DNA from: Chiloscyllium plagiosum
Taxonomy: Eukaryota
Direction of reading: 5' to 3'
Assembly (NCBI RefSeq): GCF_004010195.1
Contig: NC_057719.1
Coordinates: 62,684,085 to 62,748,084 of the forward strand
DNA length: 64,000 nt
How positions within the stretch are numbered: the stretch's first letter is position 1; the number at the start of each line of letters is the position of its first letter. The position numbers were made by a program, and so were the translations under genes. Of the stretch, positions 52,995-64,000 are shown piece by piece. Under the pieces are notes generated by a model. That model did no database searches. It was not told the origin of the DNA and was given only the letters and a program-made list of their open reading frames with translations.

Positions 52995-54470
52995 CTCTGA
53001 ACTACCTTCTGGCTAGAGTGTACCATATGACTGGTGAAGGCTAATTATATCTACCTCAGGACATCTCTAAGAGTTCCATAAAGTAATGTCTTGCGGCACC
53101 TAACATCAGCTGCTTCATCAGTGACTTAGCCTCCACTATGGGATCAAAAGTGAAAATGTTTCCTGATGAATGCTTTCTGAGGCAATGAGTTCCACAGATT
53201 CACCACTCTCTAGCTAAAGAAATTCCTCCTCATCTCAGTTCTAAATTGTCACTCCTTCACTCTGAGGCTGTGCCCTGAGGGTCTAGTCTCTCCTGCTAGA
53301 GGAAACATCCACTCCATGTCCATTCTCTCGAGGCCTCACACTGTTCTGTAAGTTTCAATGAGATCCCCCTCATCCTTCTAAACTCCATTGAATACAGACC
53401 CAGAGTCCTCATCTGCTCCTCAAACGACAAGCATTTCAGTCGGGATCATTCTTATAAACTTTCTCTAGACTCGCCCCAATGCCAGCACATCCTTCCTTCG
53501 ATAGGGACGCAAAACTACTGACAGTGTTCCAAATGTGGTCGAACCCGAGCCTTATACAGCCTCAGCAGCACATCTTACATTCTGGCCCTCTGAAAATGAA
53601 TACTATCATTGCAATAGCCTTCCCATCTGCCAACTGAACCTGCATGCTAACCTTCAGAGAATCCTGAACTAGGACTCCTCAGTCTCTTTGTACTTCAGAT
53701 TTCTGAAGCTTTTTCCCCCTTTACGAAATAGTCTTCACCTTGATTCTTCCAACCAAAGAGAATAATCTCTCACTTTCCCATGTTGTGTTCTTCTTTGTGT
53801 ACTCTCCTGACCTGTCCAAGTCCTTCTTCAGTCTTCCTGCTTCCTCAACATTCCCTGCCCCTGCATCCATTCTCTGTGTCACCTGTAAACTTAGCAAAAA
53901 TGCCCCTCAGTTCCTTCGTCAATATTGTTAATATAAAATGTGAGAGTAGTAGTGATCCCAACACTGACCACTATGGAATTCCAGTAATCACTGGCTGCCA
54001 TCCTGAAAAAGACACTTTGGTCCATACTCTGCCAGTCCGCCAATCCTGTATCCATGGCAGTATGTTGTTCCAAACGTCACGGACTCTTATTTAGCAGCCT
54101 GCTGTGCAGCATCTTGTCTACACGGTGGCAAGGCCATCTACAAAACTACATCAACTTACCAAACTCCCTTCAACAACACCTTCCAAATCTGACCTCTGCA
54201 GCCAGGATTGACCAAGGACGGCAGGGGCATGACGACGCCACCATCTGCACATTTCGTTCAAAGTCCTGACTTGGAACTGTATCACCATTGCTTCCCTATC
54301 ACTGGATTAAACACTCAACATTTGTAACAATACTGTGGGGATGTGTGTTTATTTGACTAAGTGGACTATGACAATACAAGGTGGTGTCTTGGCATGACCT
54401 TCCTGAGGGCATGGAATGATGGCCAATCATTGTTAACCTTGCCAGTGATGGCACATCCCACGAACATTTT
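52995..54470 (+). mobile_element. Second-family LINE (52995-53170, 54120-54470) split by a minus-strand CR1 (53170-54118)
   Basis: RT-like gagttccataaagtaatgtc...cagctgcttcatcagtgac...gtttcctgatga; its tail resumes at 54120; the intervening block is reverse-complement CR1 ORF2. Confidence 0.7.
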
Positions 54471-55524
54471 GAGAAAATACTCTCTGTGAATTGGAATTCT
54501 TTCTTTGATTCACGTGTCTTTCAATGAACATGATTTGCAAATGAAAAATATTGAGTAAAATCTGTTCGAGACAGCATTGATGTTGTAAAATGCAAGAGCA
54601 CTGCCTCTTTTATTTGGTACCAGACTGCAAATAAATGTACCTTTCAACAGAAAAAGTCAGTCTGTTGGCAGACAGCGCATCAAAAACATAAGTACTCACT
54701 ATTAGTTAGTTCGCAATTATGTTTGAACACCTCTATGTAATCAGACACTTGAGTGGTTTAGAAATCTACTGGGTTTGCAGATTCCAAAGATTAATGGAAA
54801 TACATGACCTAATCCTGACAAAATTTTTAGCTTGTGGATCAAGACTGATACTTCAGAGCTCTTGTTACATATTAATCTGATAGCATTAGTTGTTGAGAAA
54901 GGATCAAAACTGAACAGGTTTATGACTTAGAACATTCACAGATGACCTGTGACCACAGAATTAATGGTAAAAGCTGGAAAAATCACATAAAAATGGGTAA
55001 AAATGCATTCATTCTTATATGGTTAGCCTATTGTTCAATTTCTGTCTGTCTTTTGTTTCATTTTTGTCCTAATCAACAGTTATGTGATTTGTCATTTGAT
55101 GTTCAAGATGACTCTTCCGTCTGTTGTCATGTTAATGACGGGCGATATTTATGGGAGGAAGCAGGAGTGCTGTTGGATAATTTGTGTGGGCGTTACTGAA
55201 GGTCTGTGAGCACTGTGGGAATGCCCGATTGAACACTAGAGCTTTGTTATCGGTTCACTTTTGAATCTATCCCCTGCCAGCAGCTTGCCAGAGTCCTCAT
55301 GCTCAATTGAACTTTGGTGTTTGTGCCGTGATCCTCACCTTTCCCTAAGTTGCTGAATTTGAGTTGTTGAGATACCCAAGAATGGCGTTAGCCTGTGGAA
55401 TTGGATAAATAGAAGAGGTGTCCAGCAATGTCTTGATTTTTCACCTCAACGTTAAGTTGATGAGGTATCAAGAAGTATTGTTGGAAGCACACTTAAACAT
55501 GTGTCGGAAACAACTAGAGTATAA

Positions 55525-55760
55525 TAAAAAGCCTGCCGATGTTGGAAGTCTGAAATAAACACGTAATGCTGGAGAAACTCAGCAGGTCGAACAACATCCA
55601 TGGAGAGAGAAACAGAGTTAATGTTTTGAGTCCAGTATGACTCTTCAGAAGGTTGTAACTTTATTGCTGGAACAGCTCAGCAGGTCAGGACCTGCTGTGC
55701 TGTTCCAGCAATAAAATTTCAACTTTGATCTCCAGCATCTGCAGACCTCACTTTCTCCTC
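55525..55760. mobile_element. Composite PLE termini including a short hairpin (~55655-55720)
   Basis: ctttattgctggaacagctcagcaggtc / gacctgctgtgctgttccagcaataaa inverted pair; the end gatctccagcatctgcagacctcactttctcc is the reverse complement of the start of the 23499 and 25359 elements. Confidence 0.7.
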
Positions 55761-56424
55761 TAAGCAAGTGGTAAGCAAACTGAGTTGTGATATTTTAGTT
55801 AAAATTTGAAGCTTGACATATAAACAAGAGAGGCCCTTATTCAAGTATATGCAGTGTTCCATGTGTTATTTTGTAAATGTATGCTGCAGCATGACAGCAG
55901 CAGGGAAGCCCAGAGCTGAAGTGCGTTGGATGAGCTTGTCATTTTGTGGCAAAGCATCACAAAACCACAGGCAAGCCGCACATGGCAGTGCATTAAATAA
56001 GGTTTATATTTGTTTCAATTATTTGCCACCTATTTTCTGGTAAATAGTTTTTGCACTTACACTTCAAATGACAAGTTCTTTTTATGTCCTTGGTCGAACT
56101 TCAGTGGAAGTAGAGGCAGTTATTTCATGAGGTCATGAAAAATATTTCAAAGGTTTGCTTACTCTCGGGAAGATTGTGTTTTTGTCTCTTAGGGACACTT
56201 AGTGTTATCCTTTCACAATCCAGGTATGCGAGAGTTAGATTTCCACACTCAGCTGTTTTTTAAATAACACATTTTGTATCTGGCTATTTGAAGCTTCCAA
56301 GTTGCAAACTTATACTTTGCTATCGAATTGTCAGAATACACTTTATGTTGGCTACAACAGAGACAATGAAGCTGAATTAGTTGTATCTTTTTGCCTCCAA
56401 ACTAATTAGATTTTCACTTTATCT

Positions 56425-56900
56425 AAAGGCAAAGTACTCACAATGCTGGAAAGAAGAGCATGCCAGAAAATGTTGCAATTAGCAGACCAGGCAACATCTG
56501 CGGAGAGAGGTATAGCATTAACCTTTTTCAGATATTGAATCTGAACTGGGAAAATGTAAACATGTCATGGGATTTAAGCCAGTGCCAGGGAGAGCAGGAG
56601 ATAAAGAACTAAAGGGAAGGTCAATGATCGTGTGGAAAAGAGGAAAGATTAAATGACAAAAGAGTTGGGGGTGCAAGGTGCCAGGTGTTGCTGGGAGAAG
56701 AAGAGACGCAGAAGACGTATCTGTAGAAAGTGTAAGTGGCAGAGTAAGCTGCTAAAGAACAACAACAAAAGTAAAACCAAAATGTACAAAGGAGACGGCA
56801 GCCATCTATAGAGACTCTGCAGCAAAACACTTGAACTCCATTTTGAATTGGAGGGTTGTAAGTTGCCCAGTTGGTAGATGAAGTGCTCTACCTCCTCTGT
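56425..56900 (-). mobile_element. Old PLE 3' fragment
   Basis: ORF 56649..57014 includes EEVEHFIYQLGNLQP, resembling the PLE GIY-YIG tail (EExxLIxxLGTLQP). Confidence 0.55.
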
Positions 56901-58170
56901 CTGATGACTGTGAGAGTCCAACACAAAATGGGTTTGAGCAGCCCCGCTAACTAGTGGGTATGAACCTAAATTAAAAAAACGTATGTCTAATTCACTACAA
57001 AGTTGCAACCTCACTCAAAGGGCTGAATCTTTCTTCCTTTGGCTAACTCAGTTCTGTGATGTTTCATGGAACTTTTCACGTGACTTAGCAAATTAACTTG
57101 CCTTACCTGAGCAAACTCATCTCATTAATGCATATTAATGAGGTGAGATCTGTTGTTAATAAGGTTATTGACAAACAATAACCTCCTTAATAGGCAACTT
57201 ACCAATGTCTAATGAGAATTTCTCTTTGATGACAGGAACTTCATTTAAAGATGCATTGACTCATTTGCAAAGTTTGGGTAGGCCTTGCTGAACCTCTCAT
57301 GCTTTAGCCCATGTCATTCAGTCTCCTATAAGGTTTTACTCAGTGTAACGATAAGAGAGTTAGTATGGAAAAACGAAAAAGCTGCTGTAGGAAATGTTCT
57401 TCCAAGGTTAGTGTTAAGACCTTGGTGTGGAGCAGATGGTGTGTATTTCTGCATTTGGATGTGGTTACATCTGACCTGTGATTGCTCACTGCTTATACTA
57501 AATGCCTTGAGTGAGAGAGTTCTCCAGTGCTGACCATCCTCAACTTCATGAACACATCTAAAAACACGATCGCCACGTATGCATATTGAACCAAAGCTTT
57601 TAAACGACCTGTGTTCTTGCACATTTTCACTTTGTTGCAAAACAATAAACTGAACAGTTGAACAGGATGAATCTTGCTGATAAGTCAGATATATCACTGC
57701 AGCTTTTATCTGGCACTCATGAGAAATGCAAGGAAATTGTGCTGTTTGGATGGCAAGTAAATTCTTGGAAGCTTAGGGAGCCTCTAATTTCCTGCTGCTT
57801 TTAATGATGGTGCCTTGGCCAATGATTTGCCAACCACTCAGCACCCTTCCCTCCTATTCTATAAATTGTTGTGATTGTCCACAATTTGGCATTCTTGCAT
57901 TTATCCTGATGAGTGCAATATGAAAAGTCTCAGCAAAGTTTTGCTCTTTCCCATGATTTTTGAGTTGAACAGAAACAGATGCGGGACTGTTTTATTGAGT
58001 GAAAAGATATGTGACACCAGTGATTGATGCAAAATATAATCTAACTTAAATCTAAGTTATTTTGCAGCATTTTGTGACATATTGCAGCATAATATTTCAT
58101 CTTCACATGACAAAATTAAAACTGAATATTAACAGTGGTGACAGTGACCTTTTTAATGTATTACTCGAAT

Positions 58171-58358
58171 TAAAAATTACACAACACCAGGTTCTCGTCC
58201 AACAGGTTTGTTTGCAAGCACTAGCTTTGGGAGTGCTGCTCCTTCATCAGGTAGCTGTGGAAGCGAGAGCTTCCAAATAAACGTCTTGGCCTATAACCTG
58301 GTGCTGCATGATTTTTAACTTTGTCCACCCCAGTCCAACACCAGCACCTCCACATCAT
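58171..58358. mobile_element. Fold-back PLE mini-insertion (family B), hammerhead on minus with GAAA->CAAA lesion
   Basis: Inverted arms 58171-58219 / 58269-58318; minus-strand TAC-CTGATGA-AGGAGCAGCACTCC-CAAA-GCTA-GTG at 58219-58253. Confidence 0.8.
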
Positions 58359-59041
58359 TACAATAATTCGATCATTTTTGTTCCATGTTTGGTTTACCCG
58401 AAAGCCATCACTCTTTCTCCAAACTGATCAACTCCAGAATTGTTGTACCCACTATGCTGAAGCCCACATTGAATACAGTGGATTACAGAGTTACCCCTGA
58501 CTGTCTAGGTCATTGCCCTCTGCCCCTAAGTCCACAGTGTAAGAAACAGAATAGCATGTGTACAATTTCTGAAAGCACAAGTGATGGTCTTCTCATTGCA
58601 GCCTTTGATGCAGTGGTGTTCAATCAGTCTGGGGTTTTGTTAGGCCAATTTAACCTCTTTAATATCATTTAAAGCCTGTTTTTTAAGATATTCAATTGCT
58701 TTCCTTATTGTTTATCAGAGTAGATCAAATTCTTGCAAGAAGCTATACAATCCAATGTCGAAGCATCATTGATAACAAACAACTGAAATTCATTGACATG
58801 TCTTGCATCCTGATCAGATAGCTCTAAGATTGCTGTTTCTTCGGTCCATGCACAGTAATTGTTTTACCCTGTTCTGAAAGAAAGTTGGTATGTACACCTA
58901 CTTGCTATGCAACTGACGTTTAGGAAAATAATCTGCCAAGATTCCAGCCTGGTAATGATGCATCTCATGTGTTGAAGCTTATTTCAGTACTTTAATACAG
59001 AGGCACTACTGATTTGATTGGCCTAATCTTTTTCCATTCAG

Positions 59042-59160
59042 AATTCCTGAAGGCCCTGTTGACCAGGGGCCTGCTGCTGCTGGAAGAGTGCGTGAATTAG
59101 AAGAACAACTGATTAAGGCCAAAGAGCAGATAGAAATCTATAAGAAGCAACCAGGCAATG
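59042..59160 (+). CDS. FUT8: FUT8 internal coding exon (stem region; second coding exon)
   Basis: Acceptor ctttttccattcag| and donor AATG|gtaagt. Translates (R)[39 protein letters not shown](G), matching recalled human FUT8 [40 protein letters not shown]. Phase is compatible with the next exon. Too short for the ORF track. Confidence 0.95.
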
Positions 59161-60799
59161 GTAAGTGATTACCTTTTTCATCTGGACCTGAAAAGCATAA
59201 AAATCAAGATCATTGACAGAAAACCTTTGTTATACTCCTGATAGTCAGTTGGCGAGGGCAGAATCTAAAATTAGTCTTTACTTGGGTTAGATTTGTTCGC
59301 CAAGTTAAACAGTGCAAGTTCATATCTCCTAATTCCAATCAGCTCTTGTGTCACTGACTGTGGCTTTGGTTATTTGAACCCACATGATCAGTGCATTCCG
59401 CCCATATTTGCTGAACTTCAATGGATACAATTAATAACCTTTACCTGATTTAGAAATGTCTTGGTGGGTTTCCCTTTCACAGTCCACGAAGTGATCATTA
59501 TTAACTGCTATATTTTTGTTCTGGCTTCTAAAGTAAACTGTTGTTAAATGATCAACTCTGTTCACTTGTGTTGTTCAATAATGGGAGACAAGATAATAAT
59601 CAGGTAACAAAACAACAAACCAAAAGCAATCAGCCAGAAATACCTTTGACAAAGTAGGAGTTGAGGAGCTTTGTCCCTTAAACATCCTGAGTTAGGGTCT
59701 AGCTGTTAGGTTGGTATTGAACCCTGTGACTCCCGAACAAGATCCTGTCTCTATCACAGTATGAAGAGAGTAGCCTACCATATGCAATAGAGGCATAGAT
59801 GGATAGTACTTCCAATCATGATATGTGACAACAACTGGAGGTGAAGTTGGTGTTTGGATCTGTCTAGATTTGGTGCCATCTGTTTTGTAGATTATTATTC
59901 ATTGTGACATTTTCTTGCTCAGTGTGCTACTATCTGTTGCACCACTGTGGCTAACTTAAGCAGAGAATTCAGTCTGTGAAGGAGGGGGTCCTGTGCTTTG
60001 CTCCCAGACTGTAGTATGAAGCCACGCCACCATGCTGAGCCACTCCCATCTACATTTCTGAAGTTTGTTTCTATTACCCTCCTCGCCTTACACTTTCCAA
60101 TTCATCTTTAACCATGTGAAATGAGAGGTCAGGCTACTTAACTTCCCTACCTGCTCTCAAAGTCACTGTGCTACTAGATGCCAGGAACTATAGAACAGAT
60201 GTCAGCCTTTGGCTCTCTTCTGTGCTGATTGACCAAGACCTTGATTCAGTTTTCCCAATGGGGAAAAATATTTGAAGAAGCAGACAGCTCTTCACTCCAA
60301 GCTGGCAGCTACGTTTTCAGCTACTTAAAGTCAAAGATCAAATACGCCATGATATGTGAAACCCCTTCCCTAACCAATGCAATACTAAAATATGATGTGA
60401 CAGTCTATTGCTCAGTTATTCTGTGGCTCATGCTGAATGTCATGGGATTCAGTTCTTTCCCTCATAGCAAGCTTTGCTTGACTGAAGTCAACAATGTGCG
60501 AATCAGTGGATGAAGTCCCATGATATGTGCCATTTTGCATTTTGAACAGGAAGTGTCTGCTTCAGGAAAATTTCCACCAGTTCGGTTGAGCTGGTGGTGA
60601 TACATGAGCAATGGCACTGATCTTGGCACCAGTTAGTAATTGGGTGTAGTTGAGTACGATCTTTCTATTGACATAGTTTGTCTTGCTGTACCTCTCTTCA
60701 GCCCAATTCTTTGAGGTAATCTGAATATTTTTGGAATGACTTATACAGAAACTGTGCAAGAGCTGATCCTGTATGAACTCTGAAAATGATGACACATTT

Positions 60800-61585
60800 C
60801 CTATCTTTGAACAATGCCAGGGAACTAATATGTGAGATGCTACATATTGGAAAGCAAGTAGGGCAGAGCTTGTATATTTAATGGGGGAGTCCTGGGGAGT
60901 GTTGCCACCACAAAAACACCTTGAAGTGCAGGTTTATAGTTCCTTGAAAGTGGAGTCATAGGTAGATAGGATAATAAGAAGACATTTGCCTTTATCGGGC
61001 AGTGCATTGTGTAAAAAGTTGGGGCATCATGTTGTGGCTATACAGCACATTAGTCAGGCCACTTTTGGAATACTGTGTTCAATTCTGGTCTCCCTACTAC
61101 CAGAAAGATGATGTTAAACTTGAAAGAGTGCAGAAAAAACATTTACAAGCATGTTGCCAGGACTGGAGGGTTTGAACTAAAGGGAGAGACTGGGACCGTT
61201 TTCCCTGAAGCATTAGAGGCTGAGGGGTGACCATATAGATTTTTGTAAGATTGTGACGGGCATGGATAAAGTGAATTGCCGAAGTATTTTCGCAGAGTAG
61301 GAAAGTCCAAAACTAGAGGGCATAGATTGAAGATTCAATAGGACCTATGAGGCAACCTTTTTATGCAGGGGGTGGCGCATGTATGGAAAGAGCTGCCAGA
61401 GGAAGTGGTGGAGGCTGGTATAATTACAACATTTAAAAGGCATCTGGATGGTTATGTGAATAAGGAAGGGTTTAGAGGGAATTGGGCCAAATGCTGGCAA
61501 ATGGGACTAGATTAATTTAGGATATTTGGTTAGCATGGATGAGTTAGACCAAAAGGTTGGTTTCTGTGCTGTACATCTCTATACG
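60800..61585 (+). mobile_element. HER1/CR1 3' fragment
   Basis: Co-linear with 19900-20690; tail gtgctgtacatctctat. Confidence 0.9.
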
Positions 61586-61835
61586 GTTCCTTAGACTATC
61601 TATTTTATTGTATTTATTATATACCTGTCATGATATTTGCACTTTGTACCTTTTAAAAATGCAACCAGGGAGCTGGATTAGATTTTCAGCTTGTTTCGTA
61701 ATTAAATGATGCTTCTTTTAAACTTGAGCAGAATAAGACACGTGCATTGGGAGAGCAGGTACTGTCTATGAAGTGATGTGATTCTAAGCCCTCACGCGGC
61801 GCTTTTATTCTTGTGCAACCCACATGGTGCAGCAG

Positions 61836-61998
61836 GTCCTGGGAGAGAGCATGAGGAGCTGAGACGCAAGATTGAGAATGGAGTGAAGGAGCTGTGGTTC
61901 TTTGTACAGAGTGAAGTCAAGAAAGTGAAGCACCTGCAGGGTGAAGAAGCACAGAAACATGCAGATGCTTTGCTTGAGAACCTCGGCCACCAGCAGAG
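61836..61998 (+). CDS. FUT8: FUT8 internal coding exon (coiled-coil region; third coding exon)
   Basis: Acceptor tgcagcag| and donor AG|gtaatg; 163 nt. Translates [55 protein letters not shown], versus recalled human [55 protein letters not shown]. Lies within ORF 61778..62002. Confidence 0.95.
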
Positions 61999-62863
61999 GT
62001 AATGTCTACTCACCACTCAACACACACAGCAATGTTGACAGCTTCTGTTTTGTTTTCATGACAGATGTTCAAAAGCCAATGAAAGTGCCTCTCAGTTCAT
62101 ATAACAACACTCCAGCATTATTCTGAATGCATTGCTTCCTTGCGATTTTGTTGTGTTTTGTGCAGCTTCCAGCTTGCATAACCTGCAAAGCAAACTTAGA
62201 AAGCGATGAGGTGTCTTTGCGGTCTGCAGTTTAAGGAAAGCATCCATTGTATATTATTTTTAAATGATGAAGCACATTTAAGACGCCTGAATCATCATGG
62301 CAATAGGTTTTTGGTCCCAAGTGAAAATTAAAATCTCCTGTTAAGCAAACAGCACTCTTTCTTGCTGAGTCACCAGCCTCAGAATGGGTAATTAATGCTT
62401 CAAGTGAATTTTAGGCACCAATCCAGTCCCAGTCCTGTATCCCTTTCAAACTTTACTGTTTTAGTTTCTGATGGCCTTTGGAAGACCTCGGTTAGATTAC
62501 TGTTTAATAGTTCACTCAAGCAGTCTCTTGAACCTACATTTAAATGTGGGTCAGATTGACTTTTTCAGTGCAGTGATGGTGAATGACATAATTTTGAAAC
62601 ATTGGAGATCTTGTCTTGGTTGCATGGTGAAGTAAACAGGTTACTGTTATTGAGTATGTTTGCTTTCCCACCAGGATCGTAATTACATCTTACATTGTAT
62701 TGTCAGGTTTGTTTTGCTGAGGCCTGAATGTTCATTATATGGGTTTGCAATCAGAAAATGGAATTACATTCTACCAAGCACAACCGTTTCAAGCATCAAA
62801 TCAGCTAGCTACACTGTAGGGCTCCTTTGCATGTTAACCTGATAATGTAAGTGATTCTGATAA

Positions 62864-64000
62864 TGTATGGTGCCACTATTTAAGAAGAGTGGTAAGGACA
62901 AGCCAGGGAACCATAGACCAGTGAGCCTGATGTCGGTGGTGGGCAAGTTGTTGGAGGGGATCCTGAGGGACAGGATATATGTGTATTTGGAAAGGCAAGG
63001 ACTGATTGGGAAATTATGTCTCACGAACTTGATTTCAGTTTTTTGAAGAAATAACAAAGAGGATTGATCAGCGCAGAGCGGTAGACATTATCTATATGGA
63101 CTTCAGTAAGGCTTTTGACAAGGTTCCCCATGGGAAACTGGTTAGTGAGGTTTGACCTCATGAATACAGGGAGAACTAGCCATTTGGATACAAAATTGGC
63201 TCAAAGGTAGAAGACAGAGGGTGGTGGTGGAAGGTTGTTTTTCAGACTGGAGGCCTGTGACCAGTGCAGTGCCACAAGGGTCAATGCTGGGTCCTCTACT
63301 TTTTGTCATTTACATAAATGATTTGGATATGAGCATATGAGGTACAGCTAGTAAGTTTGCAGATGACCCCAAAATTGGAGGTGTAGTGGAGAGCGAAGAG
63401 GGTTACCTCAGATTACAACAGGATCTGGACCAGATGGGCGAATGGGCTGAGAAGTGGCAGATGGAGTTTAATTTAGATAAATGCGAGGTGCTGCATTTAG
63501 GGAAAGCAAATCTTAGCAGGACTTTTACACTTAATGGTAAGGTCCTAGGGAGTGTGGCTGAACAAAGAGACCTTGGAGTGCAGGTTCTGAGGGGTGACCT
63601 TATAGAGGTTTACAACATTATGAGGGGCATGGATAGGATAAATAGACAAAGTATTTTCCTTGGGGTCGGTGAGTCCAGAACTAGAGGGCATAGGTTTAGG
63701 GTGAGAGGGGAAATATAGAAAAGAGACCTAAGGGGCAACTTTTCATGAAGAGGGTGGGACATGTATGGAATGAGCTGCCAGAGGAAGTGGTGGAGGTTTG
63801 TACAATTGCAACATTTGAAAGGTATTTGGATGGGTACATGAATAGGAAGGGTTTGGAGGGATATGGGCTGGGTGCTGGCAGGTGGGACTAGATTGGTTTA
63901 GGATATCTGGTCGGCATGGAAGTGGTGGAGGCTGGTACAATTGCAACATTTAAAAGGCATCTGGATGGGTATATGATTAGGAAGGGTTTAGAGAGATAAG
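62864..64000 (+). mobile_element. 5'-truncated HER1/CR1 LINE with internal deletions and a duplicated 3' segment
   Basis: Closely similar to 19301-20689; ~300-bp deletion at ~63586 (gtgcaggtt|ctgaggggtgacc); segment 63783-63862 is repeated from ~63918. Confidence 0.93.

Noticed and set aside
1..59041. FUT8 first coding exon (MRPWTGSWRW... transmembrane exon)
   Set aside because: It would give an ATG-initiated ORF of about 68 codons; none in the track or by eye matches, so it is presumably upstream of the window.

Overview
Vertebrate genomic DNA, almost certainly from an elasmobranch (shark), judged from its HE1 V-SINEs and HER1/CR1 LINEs. About 59 kb appears to be one large intron of the alpha-(1,6)-fucosyltransferase gene FUT8 (+ strand). 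Two internal coding exons lie at 59042-59160 and 61836-61998; the ATG exon is not visible and should lie upstream of the window. The intron is full of retroelements: CR1/HER1 LINE pieces (including a rare 5' end with ORF1 and a tandem promoter-like monomer), tRNA-derived SINEs, old L2 remnants and Penelope-like element (PLE) fragments. Two features stand out. (i) A young, internally deleted class I (HERV-I-like gag) provirus at 5545-7171 (-) with a TTAAG target-site duplication (TSD), a tRNA-Pro primer-binding site, LTR segments differing at 2 of 226 nt, and a myristoylatable matrix ORF carrying PSAP and a frameshifted PPPY late domain. (ii) Several short fold-back PLE-derived insertions carrying minimal hammerhead ribozyme motifs, one (39073-39107) with an intact core on the FUT8 sense strand. 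Most ORFs in the supplied track are spurious. Family names come from recalled consensus sequences, not database searches, and boundaries of old repeats are approximate.
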